Positions 12,055 through 25,610 of a stretch of DNA of 64,000 nucleotides are shown here, piece by piece. The stretch is from the NCBI RefSeq assembly GCF_006345805.1, contig NC_043000.1, forward strand, positions 160,580,001 to 160,644,000, in the 5' to 3' direction. This DNA comes from Octopus sinensis. Lineage: Eukaryota. Position 1 is the stretch's first letter, and the number at the start of each line of letters is the position of its first letter. Below the pieces are notes generated by a model that searched no databases, had not been told where the DNA came from, and saw nothing but the letters and a program-made list of their open reading frames with translations. The translations under genes and the position numbers were made by a program.

Positions 12055-13016
12055 AGTTTCTTTATTGGCCACACAGGGCTGCACACAGATGGGACAAGTT
12101 ACAAGGTAGAGCTTTTCTTTTGGGGGATGAAAAAAACCAAAAACAAAAGAAACAAAAAAAAGGGGTGGCGTAGGTTTTCGATCAAGAGGGATCGTAAAAG
12201 GGAAGAAAAGAACAAAAAAAAATAAAATAAAAAATAAAAAAATTAAAATAAAAAAAAGAAGAAAAGGAAAGGGAACAAAAGAAAAGAGAAATGAAAAAAG
12301 AAGAAAAAAGGGGAAAAAAGGGGAAGAGGAAAAAAAAACCGATCAATAGGGATCGTGTATCACAGTGTTATGATATATGGTGTAAAGGGAAAAGCAAGTA
12401 AGGTTAATCCGTGGGAAGAAAAGCCTACGAAAAAGACCACGGTAACCTTGGTCAATATTGTTATATGTTACCACATATGTTTGCAAGTGGGTAACCCTCT
12501 GTTTTCAATTTCTGTGTTCATAGGATTATGCTCAACGTGGCTTCGTCATTCATACGTGCCATCCTTGCTACATTCACCCATCTTTTTTTAAAACATTCGC
12601 TAGACAAAACTTACCTCTCTACGCTTACTTTCCTTTTCAAGTGGTACTTGAAGAAGTTGATGAGAGATTGACCAGAGAGGAAAGTGTTTGTCTCCAACCC
12701 TTTCAGACGCGTCCACCAGATACATTCTTTCGCCATAGCCACAAGGATGATGAAAATAGCTCTTCCTTCCCGTTTGAAGGAAGGAGGCGTGACAATATTG
12801 ACGATAGACTCAGCTGATAAACCGACTCGTCCCACACGTAACAGCAGTTGTTCGACATAAGCCCACAGGTCGGAAATTGTTGGACACTGCACGAGTGCGT
12901 GCAGAACGGTTTCGTCGCTCTGACCGCATCTCGGGCAGGTCGGCCCCGTGTTTCTCGAGCCGTGTCTGTAGAGCTTATCCCGAACGGGTAGCGCTTCTCG
13001 GTAGCACTGCCAGGCC
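12055..13016 (-). mobile_element. 5'-truncated Tx1/L1-type LINE: ORF2 C-terminus (zf-RVT CCHC) plus 3' UTR; young
   Basis: AWQCYREALPVRDKLYRHGSRNTGPTCPRCGQSDETVLHALVQCPTISDLW...; a single premature stop (12611-12613) before the natural stop near 12521; AATAAA at 12061-12066; both ends abut (GATA)n. Confidence 0.9.
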
Positions 13017-13180
<164 letters not shown>

Positions 13181-13852
13181 GAAGACAGAAATTGCGACAG
13201 AGAAGCAGACAGACAGACCGATAGTCAGTCAGGCAGACGGAGAGACAGACAGACAGATAGATACATACATACTTACATGCATACTTACATACATATGTAC
13301 ATATACACATACCTACGGACATAGACGTGTGTGTTTGCGCGTGTATGTTGAAAATCATTAATTGGATAATTTATACTTTTATACACAAAAAAATGAAAAG
13401 AAAGCAAATAATTTTTCGCTGGAATGCTGATAACTATGAAAAAACTATATAAAAAGAAAATCATGAATATAATTGAAATGCAAACTAGGTTTCGAACAAC
13501 ACTGAATATAGTGTATATAGGGATGTAGCCTATACTGCGAAGCATTCCGATTTATGTGGTGTCGTTTCAAACATCAGCCCCAACCATTTCTGCATATTTA
13601 TGATAATATTTTTATTAGATTGCATAATAATATCTTTGATAATGAAGATTCTCAAATTTTATATGATACGATATCTTATCACATTAGATCATATCATATA
13701 ATGTAATATCATATGAAATATTTCAATCTCTGACAAGTTAATATTCGCAGAGAACTCACTCACATACACACTCAGACTACACACATAAGCACACACATAC
13801 ACACAAATGTATACATACATACATACATACATACATAAATACATAAATACAT

Positions 13853-13922
<70 letters not shown>

Positions 13923-14115
13923 GTAAACACATACTCGGAATACCGAATCATATATACCCGCTCAATGCATTTGAGTATATTCATTTATGTGTATATATGT
14001 TTCCATGTACACTGGGATGACTGTGCATATATGTAAGTATGTATGTGTGTGTGCGCGTGCGTGTGTGTGTATGTGCATACATATATATGCACACATACGT
14101 ACATGCAAACATACA

Positions 14116-14149
<34 letters not shown>

Positions 14150-14411
14150 CATACATACATACAAACTCACCCACCCACACTAGCAGAAACATACATAAAT
14201 TTATACATGCGCTTCAGAATGTACATACATGCACATATTTATACACACTCTCACACTCACACACGAATGTTCATAACGGATATATGTTTAAAAATATTGT
14301 GGATGTTTAATATAAATCATGATATATTGACAAGTGGAGGGAAAATATAATAGTGATGGTGATGATGATTATTATTCAGGAAGGGGTGGAAGAGGAGTGC
14401 TGTAGGGTCGG

Positions 14412-14432
14412 AATGACGACGACGACGATGAC

Positions 14433-14522
<90 letters not shown>

Positions 14523-14546
14523 GATGATGAAGATGATGATGATGAA

Positions 14547-14592
<46 letters not shown>

Positions 14593-14690
14593 ATGATGAT
14601 GAAGATGATGATGATGATGAAGATGATGATGATGATGATGATGAGGATGATGATGAAGATGATGATGATGATGAAGATGATGATGATGAA

Positions 14691-14783
<93 letters not shown>

Positions 14784-14816
14784 GATGATGATGATGATGA
14801 AGATGATGATGATGAA

Positions 14817-14855
<39 letters not shown>

Positions 14856-14888
14856 GATGATGATGATGATGATGATGATTATGATGAA

Positions 14889-14930
<42 letters not shown>

Positions 14931-14952
14931 GATGATGATGATGATGATGAAG
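14412..14952 (+). repeat. Very long (GAT)n tract with GAA interruptions
   Basis: Direct reading; the poly-Met ORF 14353-15030 is a by-product. Confidence 0.97.
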
Positions 14953-15568
14953 GTGATGTTGAAAAGGAGGAGAATAAATATGTTGATCGAGGGAGTGTTA
15001 GTGTATATGTTGCAAGGAAGCCACTGTTGATATGATGTTTAAACTGCTATGGTGATGATTAAATTCAATATTTACTTAGATTATCATATAACAATAACAG
15101 TGATGTTATAATCACATACACTACTCCAATTACAGTGGTAAAGAAAAAAAATTAAAAACCCGAAATAAAATTGAAGAGTGACAAAAATCAGATAAGTGGA
15201 AGGGGAGTAGAAAGAAGGAAAAGAAAACCGACGTTTAAGAGACGTCCGAGATTTTATCGATTTTGTTTTCTAAATTTGTTTTCTAAATAGTTATATTTTA
15301 TTTTTAGATGAACGACTGAGTGTTTCCTGCTTTCAAAGAGCAACACTGTCTCCTTCAAACCATGAAGTTATTAAATCACCCACAAACTTCACTTTAACAT
15401 TTCAAAATTAGATCGGATGGTATAGTTGTAGATAAATTATGTGTTGGAATAATAGCCACGAATGGAAAGTATTTCGCCATTGCTCTGTTCAATCAGGGAT
15501 GATCTTGGATTTAGTTTTGTTGATGAATATAGCTGATCAACTTATCGCAGTTCCAGCTGGGTACTTAC

Positions 15569-15577
15569 ACTATCGTT
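15569..15577 (-). CDS. Candidate 9-nt microexon (AACGATAGT)
   Basis: Long pyrimidine tract with ttctgac, then cctaaAG | AACGATAGT | GTaagtac. Speculative. Confidence 0.2.
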
Positions 15578-17402
15578 CTTTAGGTGAAGAAAGTCAGAAT
15601 AAAAAAAACAGGAAATGCAGAACGCAAAAGTTTGTCAGTTTTCGGTGATTTAATCGTCATGTTACCCACCAAACTTATTCATCATATAGATAATAATTTA
15701 CCTTACTGGTAATTTTCTTACTTTAAGTTGAATACAATTGATTTAATTTACTCCAGTTTTTTTCCTGCACTTTTTAGGACAACGGTTTTAGACTTACAAC
15801 AGAATAAATATACCCTTAGATATTTTGAAAATTTAGATGAACGGTATGAAACAAAAAGTGATTTTACAACGTTGACACCAGCTTCGTAGTCACGTCACTT
15901 CGTATTAATTTGTCCTATGTAAATGTTTCAAATTCGTCATATATTTGGTTACAAGGAACAGAGATTCATAGAGGTTGTCTGAAATAGACTTTCTATGTGA
16001 AATGTAGAAAACCTCGGAATAAATATGAAGAAAATACGCAGGCATTCGATTCTTTGAAAGATACACAGTAAGGGCTTCTTTGGGTAATTTTCAACTGAGG
16101 CACACTTTAGTGTCAATGTCAAGAATAGTATAGAGTAAAGCAATGTCAATTTGGGCTACTTGTGCATTCTGATCACAACAGTGATCAGTATAATCAATTT
16201 ATCATACATAGTTGAAGATATCATTTCTAGATTCTAAATGCTATGAATGCCCTGCTCAATTTTCAAGATGCAAATCTGCAATTTAATTAAGTGAAAGCTA
16301 ACAAGGAATAAAATTAATAGACGTAAGAAGGAGTTAAAAAGGAAATCAAATTCAGAAAGGTATAGAAAATACAGAAATTGCAAGTGCATAAAGTTAATTG
16401 GGGAACAAATTCTTTCAAAGTTAGTCAAAATGATGATGATAAGGCGGCTCTGTGGTGAGAATCAACTATATCGAAAACGAAATACAACCCCAAAACGATC
16501 TAAGTTGTTCTGAAATGGAAAATATCCTGTATGAAAAGCTGGGGGTACAAAGCATATGTTGGGGATGCTTAATTAAATGTGGTGAATATAGACATCAAGA
16601 AGCAAAATGTCACTTCATCGAGGTGTATTAACTTTTTTCTTATGAGTCACATACCTGGTTAACATGTGCAGCAATCAGTCCTTGATAGGTTGAGAATAAT
16701 ATACTAGATTTTAACATACGGCCTTATAGAAGGGACTGAGAGGAAACCTAGCGCCAGTCTAATTTTCCCTCTGCACATGATGAAGTTATTCGCCTTCTTG
16801 CTTCGTAAAATAAAACAAGAAGAAAACAATTCAAACTTATACAAGATTTATATCTTTATATCAAAGATTTCTCGGGAGGTATAATCTTATATTGGTTTCG
16901 TTTGATCCACTGGTAAGAAAAATAGTTCTTCTGTATATTCAGATTAGTATATGTAAAATTTTTAAAAGCAGTAACCAATGCTTTGTATAAAAAGTACCAT
17001 TATATTAATTGTAAATTATTTGAAATTTAAAATCCATTTTTTAATATTCTCAAATACAAAGGATAGAAATGAATACGCACAAATTTTTGTAAGCCGAAGA
17101 TTTATCAATACTTCAGTCAAAGTCAACATAAAATAGAACCCCTTGTATTTCAAATACAGCTTTGAGTATTCCTAAGGTTACTTAGTGTTATAAATCTATT
17201 TTTGGGAATATTCTGAGAGAAAAATACACACACACGTTCACGTAGTCGCGCACACACTCGCACATACATATAAACATATACATACGTACACAAGCACACA
17301 CATATGGATATATTACAGGTAGAAGCTTTTAAATAGCAGCTTGCTTCTCATGATTAATGATTTACTAGAACTTAAATTTCATTTAAAGAATCGACCACTT
17401 AC

Positions 17403-17471
17403 CGTACGTTTTCCTGTATAGAATTTGTCTCCAATTCTATGACATTAAGCGCTGGGCCTTGGTAAACATGG
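17403..17471 (-). CDS. Candidate 69-nt phase 2-2 exon HVYQGPALNVIELETNSIQENV (product unknown)
   Basis: cattggtttcctAG | exon | GTaagtgg; reading frame joins in phase to 11920-12017. Confidence 0.3.
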
Positions 17472-17955
17472 CTAGGAAACCAATGTATTCAAGAGTCCAG
17501 CAGCCTTCTGAATGTAAATTATAACATTTTTGCTCGAAATTTGTCTTCGAAAAACCTCATTCTTACAAGTCAGTCACACAAGTATTATCACAGGTATCAA
17601 TAGAGCAGTGCACATATTAACTACATATGTAGAAGGTTCTGTTGTATGATGAGAAATAATTGTTGCGGAATAAAATTTGAAACACTTCCACTTTATAATC
17701 CTTGTCTCCATAAAGCAGCAATGATATTCCTGCATTCTTACAGCTCTGTATTTTAGTATTACAGTTTCTAAGCGCATATGTTTATAGTTTGTAAGCGTAT
17801 GTATTGATTTAAGCTACATATATATTTATTTATTCTATAATTAAGGGCAATTTCAGTTGTTCCCAAGTAACGAGTTCCTTGGCCGTTTTATCATAATACG
17901 GTATTTAGGTTTTTTGTTGTAAGAACGTGTTATTACTTATTTGTATTAATTAGAA

Positions 17956-18012
<57 letters not shown>

Positions 18013-18129
18013 TATATATATATATATATATATGTCTATATATTTATATGATTTTCAAAATTTTATTTGGTTTTATTTCCCTTTTTTATTTCAATTTTAA
18101 TGAGCAATTTATTTGGTTAAAATATTCTA

Positions 18130-19560
18130 TAATACTGAGCGTGTTTCATAGATAACGATCTAAACTTGCCTTTTCCTCGTACATTGATGATATTGTTTAC
18201 GAGATGTGTTGTTCCACTAGTCTTTATTAGGCTTCGATTTGGAGGGATATTATGTTCGTGATGTGATGTTGATTTAGTCTATGTTTGTCGCATTGTCTGA
18301 ACGTCGTTTCTGGAACAAGTTCTTTGTTATAGATACAATTTTGTAGTTATAAGTTATCACTATTTGTTTACTGTGATGTTGTTACTAATAGTAATAGACT
18401 GGTGGATTTAACACTGTTGATACCACTCGTTCATTCGAATTTGGAGGTTTCTTTCTGGAGGTTGCGAAGAGGACACGAGATAAAGAGGTGGGATTCTCTT
18501 CCTTGCATCTAAGCAAATGCATTTGCTGCGTGTAACTGTCCTTTAAGTCATACCTGTGTAGTACCTTGTGATATGTAGTACCTTATGATGTCATTAAATG
18601 GTGTTAGGATGGCTCTGTAGGCTGCAGCCCTTGAGATGCAGGATACTACTAGAGGACAGTTGGTAGGGTTTCGAAAATTACAAGTTGGAATTGGCGGTTG
18701 TGTGGGTGCATTTTTGTGTCCCTCTTAGATTGCAGTGTTAGAAACAATGTTACCTAAGCAGGAGTTGCTCGCCTTGACGTTATTTCATTTGAAAAGCTTA
18801 TAGTATTTATGCAGGGAAATTTTAATAACTCAATGACAAGAAGATCTTAACCAAGTTGCTCAAGCATTGTCGGTAAAATGTAGGGTTGAACAAGGTTGTC
18901 TTTCTACTTCTGGTCCTCCTCCGATGTATGTGCTGGGGTCATCTATATGTTCTAGCGTCTTAAATAATCATTTTCCCGTCAATGCGTCATTTTAATACGT
19001 AATGACCCTCTTTAGGATCCCTCTATCGGCTGAAAACTTAAACATAACTTCTGCTAACTCCTGAAACTGGGTTTCTAATTACAGCAGATGTGTGATTCGA
19101 GTTGCTGCAAATATGCACAGTTTCTCTGTCGGGCTTATTGAAAGGGTGGTACATATACGTTTTTAGTTATTGTGTCAAGACTCGGAAACCGACGGTCCCC
19201 ATTTTAGTCTCGTTTTCTCTGGAGACTTTGTGATATCCGAAATGAAATCTCCAAAATCGAATTGACCATCACTGACGGGGCCCACCTTTACTTACCTGTG
19301 GTCATGTCGTTGGTAACTGTCATGGACAGGCCGAGTTATTTCAATACTTTTATCAGCTCCTTCGAAAACATGTTCATCGCATGGCCATTCTTATGACTTG
19401 GTCCTTCTAATGCATGTATAACAATAAAACTTGCCAAATTATGCATATCTTCTCTGCAGCTGATAAATTATATTACATTATTGGATAAAAATAGTGCTTC
19501 GTAAATCTTTGCCCTCATATCAATTATGGACATTCTTTATATGCACGAAGATGATATCTC
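18130..19560 (-). mobile_element. Decayed Penelope-like element (RT thumb, linker, GIY-YIG endonuclease)
   Basis: LGLSMTV; YHPFNKPDRETVHICSNSNHTSAVIRN; LFNP.F...; KLFK*NNVKASNSCLGNI; CNFRNPTNCPL; YTGMT; RCKEENPTSLSR. All are PLE-typical motifs, with many stops and frameshifts. Confidence 0.85.
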
Positions 19561-19850
19561 TAATTACTAAATTCTAATATGGGCAACAGGTGAAATTAGT
19601 GACGTTTACGAGCTTACTTTCTAGCTCACAATGTACAACACCTCTTAAGTGATTTGATACAGTAACGAAGTCATCACCAGATTAACAAGACACATACAAA
19701 GTATACACAGGCACGGAAACGTAGGTATTTATTGAGACTCACCTTCTCAAAAGTTGTACAAACGACTACAATAGCACTTTCTCTCCACACACGTTAAAGG
19801 ATGTCCCTACGCGTTTCTATATACGTACATATGTGTGTGGGTGCGTGTGA

Positions 19851-20255
19851 AGGTGCATAGCTCAGTAGTTACAGCGTCGGGCTCACAATCATAAGGCCAT
19901 GAGTTCGATTCCCAGATCGGGTTCTCTGTTGTGTTCCTAAGCAATACCTTGCTTCAGTTCGCTCAGTTCTGTAGAAATGAGGAGCGACGTCACCGGTGGC
20001 AAGATGTATCGGACTTTGCCTTTCTCTTACATAGCATTGGTGACTACAGGTCTTCCATAAAGAAGCTTGCCCGGACTTGTACCTCGGAGAGAAACATTCT
20101 AGGTGCAATCCCATGCTCGATCATGACCGAAGGCTGTGTTTTATATATATTAAGTACTAGGGTTGACCCATTCGATTAAAAAAAAAATTCAATGTGTTGC
20201 TCCAGCATGACTGCAGTCATGCGACTGAAAGAAGTAAACTAATTAAAGAATAAAA
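19851..20255 (+). mobile_element. tRNA-derived SINE
   Basis: A box tagctcagtag, B box gagttcgattccc, central ttgcccggacttg...ctaggtgcaatcccat domain, ctccagcatg...actgaaa...taaaaga tail. Confidence 0.85.
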
Positions 20256-20270
20256 GAATATATATATGCT

Positions 20271-20600
20271 GAGACCCCCTTCAGTCATGTCTGACTATGG
20301 GATTGCACCTAGGAAGTTACCCTCCCAAGTCCGGGCACAGTTGTTCATGGAATACCAGCAGTCGCCCATGCATACCGACCTCCCCTCTCCATGCCACCAG
20401 TTTTATCCAAGGGAAAGGCAAAGGGGACCGACACAGCTTGGCACCAGTGCCGTCGCAACTCATTTCTACAGTTGAGTGAACAGGAGCAATATGAAATAAA
20501 GTGCCTTGCTCAAGAACACAACACGCAGCCCGGTCTGGGATTCAAACTCACAATCTCGTGATCGTAAGCTCGACGCTCCAACCACTGAGCCATGCGCCTT
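20271..20600 (-). mobile_element. tRNA-derived SINE related to 19851-20135, opposite orientation
   Basis: Minus strand aaggcgcatggctcagtggttggagcgtcgagcttacgatcacgagattgtgagtttgaatccc...gtgcccggacttgggagggtaacttcctaggtgcaatccca. Confidence 0.9.
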
Positions 20601-21148
20601 CATATATATATATATATATATGTAGGTTACTGGTTGATAGGTTTACCTATTTGGCCCATTGATCAGTTGAGAAAAATTGAACGACCTATACTGTTAATGC
20701 TACTTTTGTCAGAATCGTTTCTGGTTATAACCGAGCAGATCACTTAAAGAATGGTACACGCATGAGGAAGAGAACAAAGAAGGCAATGATCGTAAGTACA
20801 AGGTAAGTGGAACAGGAATAAACAGGAAAGGGGGAGATTAGTAAAAGAATGAATAAAGAAAAGAGAAGAGAAGAAAGGAAAAGAAGGGATGGAGAGGACA
20901 AAGGCAGTCGATAGAAGAATATATGCATGTAGTGTGTCTCATTAAATACCAATGCTTAAATTTATGCAGATACACAGACACACACACACACACACACACA
21001 TAAACACACACACACAAACTCACACACACACACACACACACACAAACTCACACACGCTCACATACATACACAAAGCACAGATTGGTCGCAGCTATCGAGC
21101 TGAAACTAGTTAAAATCGTATGTGTGTATATATATATACACACATATG

Positions 21149-21198
<50 letters not shown>

Positions 21199-21240
21199 AT
21201 ATATGTATGCATGTATATATATATGTGTATGTATGCATGC

Positions 21241-21274
<34 letters not shown>

Positions 21275-21448
21275 TTTTTGTATTTGGTGTTCAAGATTCT
21301 TTATGTGAAATCGTGTGTTGAGCATATTTTATTGCATCTGAGGAGAGTCATCCTCTTTTAGTGCCAAATTACTTAGCACACACACACACGCCGGTTCGAT
21401 TTCCACTCATTTACTTATTTATATATATATACACACGTGTATAGATAT

Positions 21449-21520
<72 letters not shown>

Positions 21521-22341
21521 GTTGCATATCTTAGTCACGTAATGTATACACACACGCACTCCTACACACACACACTCACAGAGTGTCTGGATTAAACGTA
21601 AACTTTAGATATCTAAACTTGAAGCCAATATATTTAACATCATTGTAACAAATTCCAAGGACAATCTACAACTTTTACGCCTCCCGTCCAACCAACACCT
21701 TTTCATCAACACCATAACATATCACAGCACCATCAACATTAACACTGACACCAACACTAGACCACAATCCGCTGGTGAAGTGTTGCACAATCTTACTTAT
21801 AAATTGAAATAACAGCAAATTCGTTGATGATGGAGAGGTTTGCTTAAATTTGAATATCTTGCTGCCGGCAACTTGGGCAAGTTCGCAATAAATTATGCAA
21901 TAGTTTGCTTGACAATGCACTGGAGAGATGGCCAGCTATAACGTGAACGAGTGACGGTATGAGATAGAGAGGGAGAGAGATAAGAAATGTAGGTTGTGAT
22001 GACTGAGGGGTGCTAAGTAATGTAAAATGGATGGTATAGGGTGTGTGTGAAAAATGTACATATCCTTTCTCCTTCGCATCGTCTATATAACTAAATATTT
22101 AAATAGAAACAAACATGAAAGTATGTAGGGAATCTCTAAGCATGCAGATATATACAATTATAAATATATTTATTTAATACATATCTTCATATGAATTCAT
22201 ATATATTTGTCTGCATACACATGCAAATATGCACACACATATATAAATGCACATAGACGTACAGAAGTACAAGATATACTATGGCATGTTAAATATTGTA
22301 TCTTAGCAGTGTATCAATAATCAGTGAATATAACATATATA

Positions 22342-22404
<63 letters not shown>

Positions 22405-23049
22405 CTGACTATTTAGTGTACATTAGTGCATGAAAGGAAACAAGAAAAGAGACAAGGATCTACATGAAATCAAGTGAGTCTCTGAATTATTTTTATGTCT
22501 TTTACATTATTATGAAAGCCCTATGCTGAAGGGGCACCCACCAATTTTTATATAAAGGTCTACATGTATATTACCTGCTTCGACAGACATTTGGCCGCTA
22601 ATCGTAGTAGCTTATTCGTCCGTTAGAAGTTGTTTTATTTCTTAATTTTTACTAGTAATATAGATTAGAGCGGGAATGTCATCCCTATGTATACCATGGA
22701 CTACATTTTTCATGGTCTCCTTGTTTAAGGCGCCATAGCATACGATTTGATGGAGATTTGTCTCTGTCTGTCTGGTCACTGTTTTTGAACCACCCTTCTG
22801 TCTGCCCCCCCCCGCTCTCTCAATTTCCTTCCCTCTGTCTCTAGCTTTGCTCACATATGTTTATAGTTTTCGTTTCCTGGAGTAATAAACAGTAAATATA
22901 CAATGTTAAGCATTTAGTATCAAGAAATTGTTTAATGCATATTGCTTTTACAAGAAAATATGAAATTACGTGAAGCTGCTAATACAAATGTATGTTTGAG
23001 ATTATTTACAGTGTTTCCTAGCACGAGGACAGCTACATCTTCATTTCTG

Positions 23050-23350
23050 CAACAAAGATATGAAGTCAATACGTCCTAGGAGGGGAAGAGGTCACAAATG
23101 CTCGCCCACTGCCGATGGGAATGAAGGGAGGGAAAGAGAAACTGTAGCTTGACACCAACGGAACTTGCACCCAAAGGGAGGGAAAATCAGTATCGCCTGT
23201 AGAGATATTGTTCCAATGCTGTCGCTGTGTACATGACCTCTACACCTACGTGGACTTGTACAGCCACAGCAGACACTGCACCCCTAAGAGCAATTGACAT
23301 GTATTCTTCAGGCGCAGATGCATGGTCTCACGGTTCTGACGAATGCCTAC
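23050..23350 (+). mobile_element. RTE-type LINE 3' end, degenerate
   Basis: CRC...VDLYSHSRHC (C-terminal motif) followed by atggtctc...gacgaatgccta, resembling RTE 3' termini. Confidence 0.6.
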
Positions 23351-23477
23351 GGACTATATATCAGGGTTGGCAACGCCAGGTGGAGTGACTAAGAAGAGGC
23401 CATTTGAGATTTAAAACAGTCAGCGACTTCTCAGCAAATTTAATAATATGATACTACCTGTTTCAAATCGCATGCGT

Positions 23478-23539
23478 AAAGAGGATTGTCCTAAAACCAT
23501 AGGGCACATGAAAAGAGGATTGTCCTAAAACTATAGGGC
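23478..23539 (+). repeat. Tandem duplication, 34-bp period
   Basis: aaagaggattgtcctaaaac(c/t)atagggc x2. Confidence 0.9.
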
Positions 23540-23799
23540 CTGTATTACATCCCGGCAAGTTAAAATCCCATATCGAGAAATTCATGCCTTGAGCAGTTCT
23601 CCCCGGTAAGTTTTCCTTCAAACTTTTATTTTACACGTGTTTTACTTGGAAAATTTCACCGTGACGGAATAAGGATGTGGTTAAGACAGGTTTGGTGTTG
23701 CTTCAAGCATCTAGTGTAGAATTGCACGATGATAGCAGATGTGTGGCATCTACCTTTTCAGCACCTGTCGTTACCTGGGAGTTCAGATCCTATATCAGT

Positions 23800-24950
23800 G
23801 TCGCTACAGTCTTATTCAAGAATGTCGCTGCGTACCCTGAATTCGGAAGATCCTAAGAAATGTAAACTAAATATCAGGAGCAACTTCTCAGTGTCACGAT
23901 GTGCCACTAGATCCAGTAATTCACACTCTAAGAAAACTGCATTCGGGTGTACGACAATTGCAGCACCTATCTCAAATGACCTATCCGGGTTTCATTGGTG
24001 ATATTGCTGCTTTGTGTGAAATGGGATTCTCGAGGGAAGGGCTATGCTTATTTGGAAAAGGAGAAAAAGAAGAGAAAATAACTCAAGGAACTGGTTTTGC
24101 TATTAAGAACCAGATTGCTCGAGACCATCAACAGACCCCAGTTGCAACCAGCGAAGTAATTATGACATCCCGGGTATGATTATCTCAAGGAAACATTATC
24201 ATACATATCTCAGCTTATTTTCCAGTCATTGATGAAGATAAAGATGGCAAAATTAGTTTTACCTACAACTGAGTAATATGAATTTAAATGTTCTAGATGG
24301 AGACAGACTTCTGCTCTTCGGAGACTTTAATCTAAGAATAGAAAGAGTTTTTGACAATGGAATTTTCCTGCTAAAGAAAGGCGTTGCAAGGTTTAATCTT
24401 AGTGACCTTGGCTTACGTTTGGAACATTCATTTTTGATCAATGGCATACAGTTCCCAGCCTCCAATCAATTTCAGACCACATGAATGCCTGCATTATTAC
24501 AACATACAACAACAATACAAATGTGAAAAATGTAATATATCGAAAATTAAAAATCATGTCATCAAAGACAACTTCAAATAATTGTTGACATGGCGCTAAG
24601 TTTCACCCCGTCCCCCATCCATCTGTCAGCTGATAAATAATGTTCATCAATTCGAAATATCAATGTTGAGTCAGAAGCAAAAATAACAGCTGGTTTCTCC
24701 AAAAAGACAACAACGTTGAAATCACGAAACTCATCGATTAAAAAGCGTCAGGATTTAGTTGCCTCAGATTAAGAATTAAAATAACATTCTCTAACAAGAA
24801 ACTCAAGCATGAATGTCATTCGAAACTCAGAGAAATATAGAATAACCGGAGGTAACACAAAGAAATAGAGCTTCAGAAGTATACGGCTGTCCGTAACCTT
24901 AGAGAACTCTTTGCTGCAATGAAAGATTACGAATATAAACAGTTACCTTT
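23800..24950 (+). mobile_element. RTE-type LINE AP-endonuclease region, decayed
   Basis: DIAALCE...GTGFAIKNQIA...SEVIMT; ISAYFP; GDRLLLFGDFNLRI (APE motifs). Confidence 0.8.
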
Positions 24951-25265
24951 CTAGCTGAAGACAGCTCCAGAATGTTTGTAGATCCACAAGATATCTCCGA
25001 ATGTTGGATGGGTTGTTTTTTGCATTATATGCATGCGTGGGTTTCTCTGGGTGGGTATTTGTATATAAATAAATTGATATATTGATAGAGACACATGAAA
25101 AAGATACGATAAATAGAAAACAGTATTAGAAACAGGAAAAGCAAAATATATATTTGGCCAGGAACGTGCCACATATTACAATTTTACACAGGAAGCTTAT
25201 ACACATATTTTTTGATGTTCATCTATCTCCAAGAAACTGTATGATTCGAAAAATAGTTTCAACGA

Positions 25266-25309
25266 GATATGGTAAGCTTTCGATATGGTAAGCTTTCGAT
25301 ATGGTAAGC
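25266..25309 (+). repeat. 16-bp tandem repeat gatatggtaagctttc x2.75
   Basis: Direct reading. Confidence 0.92.
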
Positions 25310-25610
25310 ATATTCCTTTTGTTCAGAAATAAGATCAGTTTTGCAATTTTTTAGACACACACATGAAATTTCTATAATAGTAACATTCTACTTCGAATTG
25401 TTTGTTACTTCTGGGGTGTCTTTCTTTGTTTAATGTTAACCGAACGAACGTGGACTGAAGAGTAATGGTAATCTTCTCTTTTGGGAGATGTAGTTCTAAG
25501 TCATTTGTATAACTCATTCAACGAGACGTCTGTTGATCAAACGTGTTCAAGTATTGGTTAGCACATCTTCGCTAGTCTTGAGTACATTATCTCTGTTTCA
25601 TGATACTAAG

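Noticed and set aside
19742-19764. 23-nt minus-strand exon ending GAG AAG|gtgagt
   Set aside because: The acceptor is purine-rich, longer versions have stops in all frames, and it lies next to a PLE relic.
22574-22652. Minus-strand exon ending ATGTCTGTCGAAGCAG|gtaata
   Set aside because: All frames from the nearest acceptor are closed; there is no support for a first exon.
23362-23374. cagggttggcaac as a hAT TIR partner for 10335-10346
   Set aside because: It lies downstream of the right end, so it cannot enclose that transposase, and no TSD or internal sequence supports a separate element.
25266-25309. CRISPR-like or regulatory array
   Set aside because: A simple head-to-tail 16-bp repeat with no spacers, in a eukaryotic context.
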